Sequence record: MK250029.1
Length of the DNA stretch: 64,000 bases
Reading direction: 5' to 3' (one strand)
The notes below the pieces were generated by a model, which worked only from the letters and a program-made list of their open reading frames with translations, had not been told where the DNA came from and made no database searches. Below are positions 1 through 12,648 of this stretch, piece after piece (the first letter of the stretch is position 1; each line of letters starts with the position of its first letter). The translations under genes were made by a program, and so were the position numbers.

Positions 1-37
1 GATATAGAAAAATAAAAATTAAATACGTTATTATATT

Positions 38-493
38 ATGAAACTAAGTAAAAACTTTTCGTTAGAAGAACTCATAAAATCAGATACAGCAAATGAATGT
101 GGAATTAAAAATTCACCAAATTCATTAGAATTGAAAAACTTAACAAATCTTACTACTAAAATATTACAACCGATAAGAGATGCATTTGGTAAACCTATTA
201 TAATTAGTTCTGGATTTAGATGCATTCAATTAAATAAGAAAGTAGGAGGTGCAAGTAATTCAGATCATTTATTTGGAGCTGCAGCTGATATACATACATC
301 TTCAAATACATATGAAGATAATAAAAAACTTTATGATACTATTATATCTTTAAAAAATAAAGGTAAAATATCATGTAGGCAAATAATATGGGAATATGGA
401 AAGAAGAATATAGGTCCTAAATGGATTCATATAAGTGTAAACCATACAAAAAATTCATATAAGAAAAATCAATTAGTTTATGTAGGTATATAA
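38..493 (+). CDS. Peptidase M15A-type Zn D-Ala-D-Ala/L-Ala-D-Glu peptidase (candidate endolysin)
   Basis: Motifs KLSKNFSLEEL, IISSGFRC..LN..VGGASNSDHLFGAAADI, WIHIS are typical of Peptidase_M15_3. Confidence 0.85.
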   Translation: MKLSKNFSLEELIKSDTANECGIKNSPNSLELKNLTNLTTKILQPIRDAFGKPIIISSGFRCIQLNKKVGGASNSDHLFGAAADIHTSSNTYEDNKKLYDTIISLKNKGKISCRQIIWEYGKKNIGPKWIHISVNHTKNSYKKNQLVYVGI

Positions 494-497
494 ACTA

Positions 498-532
498 TTA
501 AAGGTTAGAGAAGTAATATCTCTAACCTTTAA
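498..532. terminator. Inverted-repeat hairpin between convergent genes (likely bidirectional terminator)
   Basis: TTAAAGGTTAGAGA-agtaata-TCTCTAACCTTTAA, perfect 14-bp stem. Confidence 0.7.
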
Positions 533-534
533 TA

Positions 535-1968
535 TTATTGTATAAAATTATCATAATTATTATTATAATATAATATAGCTGAAATTAAACTCCATAATAT
601 ATTTTGAATTTCTTTCATATCTATACGTAAATCACCGTCATCTAACATATTATAAGAACCAATAAATGATGCTGGCACTTGATGTTGTCCGCATGAATAT
701 GATGATATATATCCATCTGTTGTTTTACTTTCTGAATTTATATATTCAACATGAATTTTTGGATATGGATCATAATCATAACCAGTAATATAAAATTTTT
801 TATTACTATTAAAAAATTTACCTTCATATATAGGTTCATTTAATTCGAATGACATATCATTATTCTTATTACCTAATTTATTCTTATATAATAATATTTC
901 CAAACATGTTAAACATTTTTTAATTGTCGGATATTTCCTTATAACCTTTGGCATTATTTTTTCCATCTCATAAGAATCAATTTCTTCATTGAAGTCCCTC
1001 TTTTTATTACCGAATTTACCTAATGTATTATTAATGACTTTATTTTTAGGTAAAAATGGATTATTATATTGTCTCTATGATGAATAACTTAATTTTGCTA
1101 ATGCAATTTGGCATAATTCATATAATTGTTCATATGTAATAAATGTATTATCATCTAATTCTATCTTATCACCAATAGGCTCATCATTAATTGTCATATT
1201 ATTTTCTAAAATACAGAATGTTCCTTCATATACACGTTTTTTCTATGTTTTCACCCATGATATATATATACAATGTTTATCATTGAAATATATTTTCTAA
1301 TCTTCATCAGTTGTTACAGTTCTAAAATATAATTTATATGTAGGTTCTTCTATTTTATAAAATGATTTCTATATAGTATAATATGTTTTATCTAATATAT
1401 TATAAATACATTCACACACTTCAGATAAACTATCATAACCGCGTTTTACAAACTTTAATGTATCTTCATATGACTTTATGCCATCAGGTAATTTCTTCTA
1501 TACTATTGTTGGTTGTTTAATAACTTTTTTCTATTCAGTATTATCAACTTTTACCTATGTATCCTATTTAACTTCTGTATTTAATTTCTATTCTACCTAC
1601 TTTGGTTGAACATTAATGGTATTTGTTACCAATTTACCACCATTATTTATATATTCTTGTTTGATTTCATCTATTGTACATCCTAACTATAAAAGACGCT
1701 TACCTACTAATTTAAATGTTTTAATATCATCAATATCCTATTCAGATTCCGGACATTGTTTTTTCATTATGAGAAGTGCTGCAACATATCTTGGTAATAA
1801 TTCTTCTTTAGACTATGATGCTCTTGGTTTAACATTTTCTGCTTCTGTCGCCTTATTTCTTGAACATGTAGATGCAATACTTAACCATAATTTTTTGTCT
1901 ATTGTTCTTGAAACTCTTGCTTCATTTATACAATTTAATAATGATTCATATAATGATTTTATTATCAT
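535..1968 (-). CDS. Hypothetical protein (477 aa with TAG=Gln); N-terminal domain paralogous to 37770-39230
   Basis: Hand translation from ATG 1968 (MIIKSLYESLLNCINEARVSRTIDKKLWLSIASTCSRNKATEAE...) stays in frame through several TAGs into track ORF 535-966; ends TAA. Confidence 0.75.
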
Positions 1969-2004
1969 AATTTCTAATTAATAAAATAACTTTTATTATT
2001 TATT

Positions 2005-2889
2005 TTATGCGTATAAACAATTAAAAAATGTTCCATAAGTATTAAAATATAGAATATCATAATTTAATAGTTCAAATATAAAATCAAATCCTGTATTTTG
2101 AATAATATAATTTTGTTTTACATCATAATCAAATGATAATAATATTTTATTACATTCTATATCTGCTTTTAATTTTGTAGTTACTGAACCATTTGTTACA
2201 TCATATATGTAATAATATATCTTTTGATTTGTTTCTTCAATTAAATCATAAGTAGTGTGTGATATTAATGTGCAATATAAATTAGATGTTAATTTTATTA
2301 AATAATTTTCAACTATATCAAATATTCCTTTTAATTCCATTAACTTAGTTGCTAATAATTTTGCACTTGGTTCAAAACGCGCATAATCAGATATTTTCCT
2401 TTTATACTCATTAGAAACTACATAAACACAAAACATTAATGTTAAATCATCATTTCTATATGTTTTTTGATTCGATGTAATATTAAAAAACTCTAATATT
2501 CTATTCTGCTCAGGTTCTTTCCATGCATTAGGATAAAAATAACTTTTATCAGTAGATGTATATAATAACCATCCCTTAATCAAATCAGATATATTTCTAT
2601 CTTTTGTATACTTCTCTATATACTTTTTTGATCTTAATAACGAGAGATTATATGAAACCTCATCATAATCAATACGTTTAATAATAAAAGCATCATATAC
2701 AAGATTTTTAATTTTATCATGGAAATCCGTTGTTATATCTTCATCTGTTAAATCCAACTTATCTAACAGTTCTGACCATAAATTTATATCAATTGGTCTA
2801 TTCGAAAATGAATAATTAATTACATTCTTCAATTCATCTTCAGTTAACGGCGATGTTAACATATATTTTATTTTTTCTGATTGTCGCAT
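2005..2889 (-). CDS. Hypothetical protein
   Basis: 294-aa open frame, no recognisable motif. Confidence 0.7.
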   Translation of the reverse strand: MRQSEKIKYMLTSPLTEDELKNVINYSFSNRPIDINLWSELLDKLDLTDEDITTDFHDKIKNLVYDAFIIKRIDYDEVSYNLSLLRSKKYIEKYTKDRNISDLIKGWLLYTSTDKSYFYPNAWKEPEQNRILEFFNITSNQKTYRNDDLTLMFCVYVVSNEYKRKISDYARFEPSAKLLATKLMELKGIFDIVENYLIKLTSNLYCTLISHTTYDLIEETNQKIYYYIYDVTNGSVTTKLKADIECNKILLSFDYDVKQNYIIQNTGFDFIFELLNYDILYFNTYGTFFNCLYA

Positions 2890-3728
2890 TTTTCTGATAA
2901 TGTTTTCATTAATTTATATTTTTGATTTCCAAAATCAATAAATGTATTTAATCTATTTACATCAAAATCAAAATTTTGTTTAAACAATTTAAAATTTAAT
3001 CCTTGTTCATTCGGTTGTCTAAGTAAATTACATACATATACACTTATCTTATCATATGAAGATAAACCATATGTTTCTACCAATGCTTTCTTATAAACAT
3101 GTAATTGAATTGTATATGTATTCATATCACACTCATCTAACATATATGCAGGTCCTTGTAATTTCTTACCATATCTTGATGATGTTGTTATATCATCTGT
3201 TGTCTTCCAATCTATTATAATATAAGCATCTGTATTCTCATCATAAAATAAACAATCAAAACGTCCATTAATATGACCATCTTTTGGCGTTTTACAATAT
3301 AATGGTAATTCTCGCGCTACATACTTATAATTTGTTTTAGTTAATATAAAATTATAGAAATCATCAAATCCTTTACAGATTGATTTTAATCTATCATCAT
3401 AATCATAACCGTTATCTAACTTCCATAATTCTAATTTTTCTGTTTCTTTATTAAGATTCATACCGGCATAATCATCCAATAAAGAACCATATCTTTTTGA
3501 CTCTGACGATTTTGCGTGCCATTGTTCAAGGATCTGATTTGCAGTCATACCTGCATATTTATAATTAGGATCATTCAAACCTTTCTTTGAACATACTTCT
3601 GCTTGAGCTACATCATCAAACTTTACTTTAATATAATCATTACATAATTTTGAAACAGATACACAACCTTTATATTCTGTCTTTATCTAATTATTAATAT
3701 TTTCAATTAATTCTTTAATATTCTTCAT
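2868..3728 (-). CDS. PD-(D/E)XK family nuclease (Cas4/RecB-like exonuclease)
   Basis: INGRFDCLFYD...YIIIDWKT and YTIQLHVY motifs; start extended to ATG 3728 across one TAG at codon 14. Confidence 0.75.
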
Positions 3729-3849
3729 ATTAATTTTATATATAATTTATCATTAATTTATAGTAAAAATAATATATAAAGTTTATATAAAAATTAAGGG
3801 AAATAACACTTACAAAAATGTTATTTCCCTTAATTTAATCATTATATTA

Positions 3850-4692
3850 TTATTTAAAATGTATTAATGCAATAGATAATAATCTTGTATTTTTTGTAGT
3901 TGATTTAAATGATATATTAGAAAGATCTGCACAATATATATACTTAACATACTCCGAAGTACTTGCATACTATGATGATGTACTATATAATTTTGTACTC
4001 TATATATTAAATAATTTTCCAAGATTCTTACTAAATGTATGTGCAGAAATACCGCCTGTCTATTCTGGATTATGTTGTTTATCACATAAATCTTCTAATA
4101 TTCTTAATATTTCAAATTTAGAAGGTATATACAAATAATAATCATCTGTACTTTCATTTAATAACTTCTACCATATAGTTTGATTTTTACCTACTGATAA
4201 TTCATTTGTATGCTTTGTAAACATATGTTCTGTACCATCCCATCCATTACCATATATATTTTCTGCATGATATGTATTAAATAAATTAGTATTTAAAAAC
4301 GCCCAACTATATTCATTTTTAAGTCCTGACCAATATGGTGATGCCCATAATCCTTTACCTACGCAAATACCTAAAACTTCTCCATACTAATCAGATATAT
4401 CTGTTATAACATCTGATTTCGGATCCCAGTAATTCTATTCATTTTCATTTGTATTCCATATTGTATACATACCTTTATCATTTTTACTCATAATTGCACC
4501 AATTATACAAAAATATTGATATATCTATTTTATCTCATCCCTATTATAAGTCATAGGTTTCTTCTATTCTGTTATAATACCAATAGATGATAATGTATCT
4601 AATACAGTTACTTCTTCCCCTGTATAATAAATTACTGAATTTTTATGAATAACTTTCCCTTCTAAACCATCAAGTTTTTGCAAATATTTCAT
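3850..4692 (-). pseudogene. DUF1566/C-type-lectin-like protein interrupted by one in-frame TAA (4609-4611); alternatively a shorter gene from ATG 4554
   Basis: Same frame from ATG 4692 (MKYLQKLDG...) to TAA 3850, with TAGs and one TAA at codon 28; C-terminus YIPSKFEILRI...YSTSSQY...RLLSIALIHFK resembles the CLec-like domain. Confidence 0.45.
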
Positions 4693-4723
4693 TATAACAT
4701 AATAATTACATTTAATATATTTA

Positions 4724-6391
4724 TTAAATATTCAAATATGTATCTATTACCTATTTGATAACATCTATCTTATTACTCCATATCGGTAAATAATTCNNNN
4801 NNNNNNNNNNNNNNNNNNNAAATTTTAATGGATCAACTACAGTCCATACATTTATAGCTGCTTCATATTGCTTTGATGTTTCTGCATTCTATTTCCAAAT
4901 ATTTAATAACTATATATCATCTTCATTATTTTCGTTAAAAAGATGCTTACCATGCGTCCAATATGCATTTATTTCTATAAATAAATCTAATGAATGTATA
5001 TAGAAATCTACATGAAACGGATAACGTTCATCTACATTTACATTAAACTAAATATCATCTTTATTAAATAATGTCAATAAATATTCATATGTTTGATATT
5101 CTGATTTTGTCATTCCATTATTTTTATTTTTCTATAAACTCTATGTAATTTTATCATATGTTACTTGATAATAGTTTTTAACAGAACCATATTTCTCTAT
5201 ATATGTTTGCTCTTTTTTCTTTAAAACTTTATTCCAATTTTCATTTGCTTCTGGTGTACCTGATAAATATTTTTCATAGTATGAATCTTTCATTTTCTTT
5301 TTTATTTGTTCATTCTACTATGGATATTCACAACCATATCGTTCTATATTTGTTTCTCGTATTTTCTATTTTATTTCGTCAGATTTACCAATATTATCAA
5401 CACCATATTTTTCTAAATTTGTATTTTTAATTTTATTTTTTATCCCATCATTCTATATAGGTGAAGTCACACCATATTTTTCTAAATTTGTATTTTTAAT
5501 TTTATTTTTTATCTCATCATTCTATAATACATATTCAGTACCATATTTTTCTAAACATGTTTGCTTACTTTGTTCTTTTATAATATCTGACTATAAAGCG
5601 AATTTAACACCATATTTTTCTAACATTGTTTCATAACATTTTTCTCGTATTTCTTTATTCTATAATGGTGATGCATAACCAAAATTCTAAATATTTTTTT
5701 CTTTTACATAATTCATTATATCTTTATTCTATAATGCATGTTCAACACCATAATGTTTCATCATAGTATCTTTAGATTTTTGCATTTTTATTTCTTTTAA
5801 TTTATTTGCTTCTTCTGTTCCACTATAATATTTTTCATTAAATGTATCTCTTATTTTATTACGCACTTTATCAGATTTCTATGCACATTCATTTCCATAT
5901 TTTTCTAAATTAGTCTATCGTATTTTCTATTTAACTGATTCTAATTTAAAACAATTATCTACCCCATATTTTTCTATCATATTATTTTTAATCTTGTCTC
6001 TAAATTCCTTTGATTCTAATGTATTCTTTACACCATAACGTTTTAACATTGTTTCTTTGGCTTTATTATTCCAAAATTTATAGCCTTCTGGTGATTTCTA
6101 ACATTTTTTTGAACAATATGTACCATATTTAGAAGTATATGGTATTCTGTTTCCACATATAGGACATTTTGGTATTATTTCTATATGGTGTTCTATACGA
6201 TAAACTATTTCTTTTAATGTTGTATTTTCATCTATATCATTAAATCTATTAATTAAATAATCATATACATTTTTGTTTTCTCTATTTATGTAATTTTTAT
6301 TAAAACGTCTAGATACATATTTTCCATTACATTTAAAAAATTTTAAAATATATTCATCTGTTATATTATTCATATATTTAATTATATTCAT
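4724..6391 (-). CDS. Homing-endonuclease-like protein (Zn finger + EKYG repeats + Vsr/PD-(D/E)XK-like domain), TAG-containing
   Basis: CPICG...YCSKKC, repeated EKYG(V) units, C-terminal YPFHVDFYIHSLDLFIEINAYWTHG; short N-mask near the 3' end. Confidence 0.7.
5401..5526. repeat. 57-bp direct repeat, two copies, 69-bp period (one 23-aa EKYG unit duplicated)
   Basis: caccatatttttctaaatttgtatttttaattttattttttatc(c/t)catcattctata at 5401 and 5470, one mismatch. Confidence 0.9.
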
Positions 6392-6449
6392 TTATATATT
6401 TATCTGTTTACTCTGTTAAAATAAGGGATTTTCATATTTATTTTTACAT

Positions 6450-6492
6450 AAAAGATAAGAGCTAGATATTTTATATCTAGCTCTTATCTTTT
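6450..6492 (-). terminator. Terminator hairpin downstream of recA
   Basis: AAAAGATAAGAGCTAGATAT-ttt-ATATCTAGCTCTTATCTTTT, perfect 20-bp inverted repeat. Confidence 0.75.
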
Positions 6493-6496
6493 ATTT

Positions 6497-7789
6497 TTAT
6501 TTTATTGTTGCATCTGCAATAGGATCATTTTCATCATTCTCATCATTAGTTGTACCTAATGAATTTTCAATATCTTTAATATCATCAAATGAATTTTGAT
6601 CTGGTAATTGAAATGCCGGTTTTATAACATTTTCATCTAGCTCTTTTAAAAATTCTGGTGTAAATACAGTATCTGAAAAGAATTCGATAAAATTAACTTG
6701 TCTACCTAAGTGGCGGCATACAATTCCACGAGCTGTATCCTTTTCTTGACAATACAGTGTTTGACCATCATAACTAAAAACATGTATTTTTTCTTTTTCA
6801 GAATCACTTAATTTATTATAATCTCTTTCTGATATTAGACTACCTCTACATACACCTGAATTATCCCATGTCATATATTGCTCTATACCTACATAAGGTG
6901 ACGGTTTTTTAAAAAATGGAATCTAAAAAGTTACTGGGCGAGTAATAACAAAACGACTTTTCTGAGGCTTTGCTGTTACTAAGATACCATTTTTTGTAAC
7001 TTTACCTGCTTGCTTTGCAGCTTTTTCATCATTTTCTTTATCTACTAATTTAGACTTAAATAATTCAATAGTCAAACTGGAATTATAAATGATACCACTA
7101 CCACCGCTAACGACATTACCAGGACTAAACATATTCATACTTGCATATACATGAGAAACAACTACCCATGGAATCTGTAATCTTGCAATAGGTGTAGCAT
7201 TTACTCTAAACATCGCTTTAATTTCCTGTTGTTTTGTCATATCACGTTTTTGATTTCCTGATAATGTATCATCGCGTTCCTTCTCAGAAGTTAAGTTTCC
7301 TAATGAATCAAGAACTATAATTATCTTATCATGTTGACCATATTTTTCATCTTGTTCTTGTAATTTTTTACAAAGATTCGCAATAAATCTTGATGTCTCT
7401 GTAATTGTATTAACCTGTTTAATAATAAATTTTGTCGGATCAGCACCGAGACGTCTTACAAATTCACTATCATATGCACCTTCTGAATCTAACACAATTG
7501 GAGTATACCCCATTTTCTATGCTTCTCTACATATAGAAACAGCTAAATAACTTTTTGCACAACCACTTTCTCCTACTAATGTTGTTACACGTCCAGTTGG
7601 CACACCAGAAAATAATGAACCACCCATACATGCATTAAGCATTAAATTTCCTGTAGGAATCCATTCTTTAATATTAGAATATGCAGAATCTGCAATAATT
7701 TCTGCTTCACTATCTATACTACTTACCATTGACATTATTGAACCAATACCACCATCAAAATCTTCACTTGACTACTTTTTCTTTGCCAT
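6497..7789 (-). CDS. uvsX: RecA/UvsX recombinase (430 aa; three in-frame TAGs)
   Basis: Three track ORFs join in one frame across TAGs at codons 6, 92 and 289: WIPTGNLMLN, Walker A GESGCAKS, CREA(Q)KMGY..VLDSEGA, IIVLDSLGNL, SGGSGIIYNSS. Confidence 0.92.
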
Positions 7790-7914
7790 AATATTAAATT
7801 ACGTTAATTTTATATTTTATATATATTATATTCATATTTTTATAATTTGTTTAGAAAATAATAGCATCTAAAATACTAAATCTTAGATGCTATTAATATA
7901 TGTTAAATTAAAAA

Positions 7915-8948
7915 TTACATAATTCCTGTAAGAACGTCATCAAGACTCATATTTGATGCAGGATTAGTTGGAGCTGCTGCAGGAACTCCACCATTAAGAA
8001 TTGAATCAAGTTCACCATTTCCAACACCTGGAATATTAGCGGCATTAAAACCACCTGGTGTTGTCTGATTCATTGATGTTGCATCTGCACCCATCTCAAG
8101 ACCTGTAACTGGTGCAGTAGGCATTGATGTCGGCATTACTGGTTGTGCAGGAGCTGCTGGAGATACTGGAGATACCTGTGGCTGCATAGCTGGTTGCATA
8201 TATGGATTTGCTGCTGGCATTGCTGCTGCCTGCATTCCTGTTGCTGCTTGCATTGAAGCCTGTGGATTTGTATAAATCTTAATACAAGAATTTACAAAAT
8301 TAGTAGTCTCTGATGTCCATGCATGATATTCATATGGTGCAAGTGAAGGACAATTTTCTTTAAGATAATTAAGAACAAGTGGTTTAACATCAGGATTCTG
8401 TGCAATAACTTCCTGTGTAATAACTTGCCAATTTTCCTGTCCCTGCGCATTCTTAACCTGAATACGAAGAGCACCATCCTGTGGTTGAAGATCAATAAAC
8501 TGAGAATCATCAAAATTATTGAAATTTGATACCAACTTACACTTTACATAGAAAGGACGACCAACAAACATATTAAATGGATTTCTTGGTGTACCCATTG
8601 GTGGATTCATTTCATTATAAATCTTCTCATGGATCTTAATACCATAACGCCAAACAAGAATCTTTCCAACTAGTTGAGGCTCTGCCTTACATGAAAGAAT
8701 CTGAATAAGCGATGCATAACGCTGACGACGTGAAAAATGTTTTGAATTTTCCTTAAGAACCGGATTATCACTATTACGAAGTGCAAAGAATGTGTCCTGA
8801 AGAATATCAGGCTGACCAACTGTAGATGGACAATCAACCTCCATCTGAGCATTTGTCAAAGGATTCTTAAGGAATACTGTATTCTTTGAAACGATAGATT
8901 TGTTAGAAGGATCTTCTGGATTTGGAATAAAGCGAATTACTGCATCAT
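7915..8948 (-). CDS. Single-stranded DNA-binding protein, T4 gp32-like (5' end masked)
   Basis: AVIRFIP, CPST, LVGKILVWRYG.KI, NPFNMFVGRPF..K, NFDDSQF pattern; Pro/Ala/Gln-rich tail; adjacent to uvsX. Confidence 0.75.
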
Positions 8949-9300
8949 NNNNNNNNNNNNNNNNNNNNNNNNNNNNNNNNNNNNNNNNNNNNNNNNNNNN
9001 NNNNNNNNNNNNNNNNNNNNNNNNNNNNNNNNNNNNNNNNNNNNNNNNNNNNNNNNNNNNNNNNNNNNNNNNNNNNNNNNNNNNNNNNNNNNNNNNNNNN
9101 NNNNNNNNNNNNNNNNNNNNNNNNNNNNNNNNNNNNNNNNNNNNNNNNNNNNNNNNNNNNNNNNNNNNNNNNNNNNNNNNNNNNNNNNNNNNNNNNNNNN
9201 NNNNNNNNNNNNNNNNNNNNNNNNNNNNNNNNNNNNNNNNNNNNNNNNNNNATTGTTTATAAAAAATCTAAAATATAAATAAAAAATATATTTTTTATTT

Positions 9301-10512
9301 ATGTCAAATCAAGAACTAATAGAATATTTAACTGATAATAGTGGAGAATATAATAAACGTATAAACAGAAAATACTTAGAAATTCATGATTTAAACATAT
9401 TACATATATTATATAATGTATATGATGATCTGTCTAAAGAAACTCCCGTATATGAAATATATTACCGGTTAAAAAATAATTTAAAAAAACGACCAGTATG
9501 TATTATTTGTGGAAAACCAGTAAAATATACTTCTGGCCATTATGCAAAATTTTGTAGTAAAGAATGTCAATATTCAGATTTAGGTAAAAAAATAACAAAA
9601 GAAATAAAAATAAAATCAAATTTAGAAAAGTATGGAGTTGAACATACGTCTCAATTAAAGGGTGTAACAGATAAACGTACAAAAAGTCGAGCAGATCACG
9701 TTAATAAAATACAATAGCATGTTCGTGAATCATTATATAAAAAATATGGAGCATATGATGTTATGCATATTCCTCATATTTTATAGAAAATAAAAGATNN
9801 NNNNNNNNNNNNNNNNNNNNNNNNNTTTCCTTTACAATAGTTAAAAAAAGAAAATAGTGAAATTTATTAGAAAATTTCGCAAACATGTATTAATAAATTT
9901 GGTGTAGACTCTCCATTAAAGAATAAAGAAGTTAGAGAAAAAATTAAACAAACCAATATACAGAAATATGGAGTTGATTATCTTTTTAAAAGTAATATTA
10001 TAAAAGAAAAAATTAAGCAAACAAATATATAGAAATACGGAGTTGATAATCCATTAAAAAATAAAGAGATATGGAAAAAATCACAAGATAATAGACAAAT
10101 ATCTTCAAAATCAAAATTAGAAAATAATTTTTTAAATTATTTAAAATTAAAATATGAATCAGATGATATTATTACATAGTATAAATCTAAAGAATATCCA
10201 TATTATTGTGATTTTTATATAAAGTCCATTAACTTATATATAGAAATTCAAGGTCATTGGACTCATAACGATCATCCGTTTGATATTAATAATTTAAATG
10301 ACTAGTTAATAATGAATAAATGGCGTACCAAATCATTATCTGACAAATATTATAAAAATGCTTTAAATACATGGACGATAAAAGACGTAGAAAAGCGAAA
10401 TACTGCTATATAGAATAATCTAAATTATTTAGAAATATTTGGAAAAACAGATTTAAATAAGTATATAGATATATTTGAAAACTATATTAAAAATATGGAG
10501 AATAATACATAA
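9301..10512 (+). CDS. Homing-endonuclease-like protein (same family as 4724-6391), TAG-containing
   Basis: CIICG...FCSKEC, EKYGV repeats, YPYYCDFYIKSINLYIEIQGHWTH; frame continues past TAG 9715 to TAA 10512. Confidence 0.7.
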
Positions 10513-10529
10513 TTATTCTCCATATTTTA

Positions 10530-11135
10530 TTAAAATTCAATAATACTATTAAATATATTATGAAGATATTCCTTATATTCTGTTTTACCATTATTTACAT
10601 TAATAAGTTCCTTATTTGTTAATAAAGACATACAAAAAGCCTATTGAAATAAAATACATTCTTTGTTAATAAGTTCTTTATTTGAATTTGATAATGATAA
10701 ATTATCTTCATGTTCTAACAAAAATTCTGGATCACCAACTAATACATATAGAAATATGTTTTCTTTACCAAATATTTTAGAAATTTTATAATCCATTACA
10801 ATATTGTCTTCTGTTATTTCTTGATATGTTCTATTTCTATATAATGGACCATAGACATATTCAGAAATCCAGCCTCTATCTAATATGATGTAATCATACA
10901 TATCAGAATTATATAATGTATTAAGTTGTTTTACTAATATATCTGTATAATACATATGTGAATAATGTGGAATATCTTCTTTCTTTATTTCCTTCGGTGG
11001 TTTTTCAAGATGAATAATATTCACATTCATATTCAACTAATCCTACAAAACCGATGTGATCCGGTTAATTAATGTAGTTTTACCGGTATTATCCATACCG
11101 TCTATTATAATAAGTTTTGTATCTTTCTATCTCAT
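10530..11135 (-). CDS. Deoxynucleoside monophosphate (thymidylate) kinase
   Basis: With TAG=Gln: IIIDGMDNTGKTT P-loop and IILDRGWISEYVYG; four TAGs; the track ORF lacks the P-loop. Confidence 0.8.
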
Positions 11136-11139
11136 ATTT

Positions 11140-12009
11140 TTATGAAAAATAATAATTTATACGTATATTGTCCGATGATATATAACCATAAATTTCATCT
11201 ACTAATCGATGAATAATAACAATTNNNNNNNNNNNNNNNNNNNNNNNNNNAAACGGTTCATCAAATAATGAATCTATGTTTTCTTCATAATCATAACTTT
11301 CTGTATCATAATCTGTGTCATCCGACATTTCATTTACTTCTGGTTCTTGCTCTGATTCAACTTCTGGTTCTGTATCTTCACCATTTAATTTACTATATAT
11401 TTTATCTATTTTTTTATCTATAGTCTTAAGTTGATCATTAAGAATTGTTGTCTTAATCTTATTCTTGAAATCCTCAATCTCCCTATTATGAATAGAGTAG
11501 AGCTCTGATAATAAAACATATGTTCTATTATAGATATAATTGTCATCTAAACATAATTCTTTCCTTGTTTCTTCAGAACAATCTTCTGGAATACCTCGAT
11601 TAATGATATTATACTTATCTTCATACCATCTTGAAAGATAAACATCTCTGATTGAACCACCGTTATCACAATATTCAGAAATCTTTTTTACTTCTTCCTG
11701 TTTCCCATTATTATTTGAAATTATTTCAAATTTATCAGTATGTGAATGAGGATTATTTAATACCCAATATTTTACCAAATGCCATTTATAATCGCATGTT
11801 TTCATTTTCTCCCAATATTCTGGAATACCATCAATTTCATGTGCAATATGAAATTTTCTATATGGATATTCATTATCTGAATTAACTCTATAAACATCAT
11901 ATGGTAATAATGTTTTCTTATCTATCTTATTTAGACTTTCTTCATTCCATACATATCCTTTAACACATGGTAATTTTACCTCTATAACTCTTGTTACGTA
12001 TGTACTCAT
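11140..12009 (-). CDS. Hypothetical protein
   Basis: 289-aa frame with acidic C-terminal stretch, short N-mask. Confidence 0.65.
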   Translation of the reverse strand: MSTYVTRVIEVKLPCVKGYVWNEESLNKIDKKTLLPYDVYRVNSDNEYPYRKFHIAHEIDGIPEYWEKMKTCDYKWHLVKYWVLNNPHSHTDKFEIISNNNGKQEEVKKISEYCDNGGSIRDVYLSRWYEDKYNIINRGIPEDCSEETRKELCLDDNYIYNRTYVLLSELYSIHNREIEDFKNKIKTTILNDQLKTIDKKIDKIYSKLNGEDTEPEVESEQEPEVNEMSDDTDYDTESYDYEENIDSLFDEPFXXXXXXXXXIVIIHRLVDEIYGYISSDNIRINYYFS

Positions 12010-12125
12010 TATACTTTAAATCTATTTTTCTATAATTTATATTAAAAGAAATAGGTATTGTTTGAAAACAATATTCTTAAATATAAATAAATATATTGAT
12101 AACAAAAAAAAACATATATTTTATA

Positions 12126-12220
12126 ATGGATAAAAATAAAAAACGTGCATTATACGAAGCTATAATGAAAGATGTTTCAAAAACAATAAAGAGAAAGATC
12201 AACGAAAATGTTGAGGATTC
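12126..12220 (+). CDS. Hypothetical protein, 5' fragment (rest masked)
   Basis: MDKNKKRALYEAIMKDVSKTIKRKINENVED, then N-run. Confidence 0.4.
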
Positions 12221-12648
12221 NNNNNNNNNNNNNNNNNNNNNNNNNNNNNNNNNNNNNNNNNNNNNNNNNNNNNNNNNNNNNNNNNNNNNNNNNNNNNNNN
12301 NNNNNNNNNNNNNNNNNNNNNNNNNNNNNNNNNNNNNNNNNNNNNNNNNNNNNNNNNNNNNNNNNNNNNNNNNNNNNNNNNNNNNNNNNNNNNNNNNNNN
12401 NNNNNNNNNNNNNNNNNNNNNNNNNNNNNNNNNNNNNNNNNNNNNNNNNNNNNNNNNNNNNNNNNNNNNNNNNNNNNNNNNNNNNNNNNNNNNNNNNNNN
12501 NNNNNNNNNNNNNNNNNNNNNNNNNNNNNNNNNNNNNNNNNNNNNNNNNNNNNNNNNNNNNNNNNNNNNNNNNNNNNNNNNNNNNNNNNNNNNNNNNNNN
12601 NNNNNNNNNNNNNNNNNNNNNNNNNNNNNNNNNNNNNNNNNNNNNNNN

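Noticed and set aside
1616-1981. Plus-strand track ORF, similar to the ORF at 38944-39144
   Set aside because: Both are antisense shadows of the real minus-strand paralogs; their similarity only mirrors that paralogy. The same applies to most short opposite-strand track ORFs (e.g. 35472-35966, 51915-52262, 54840-55199).
7549-7572. Non-canonical Walker A (GESGCAKS) as a sign of inactive RecA
   Set aside because: Phage UvsX proteins commonly deviate at this position (T4 UvsX lacks the GxxxxGK glycine).
6497-7789. recA as a three-piece pseudogene or intron-split gene
   Set aside because: All pieces are in one frame separated only by single TAG codons; readthrough restores a normal protein.
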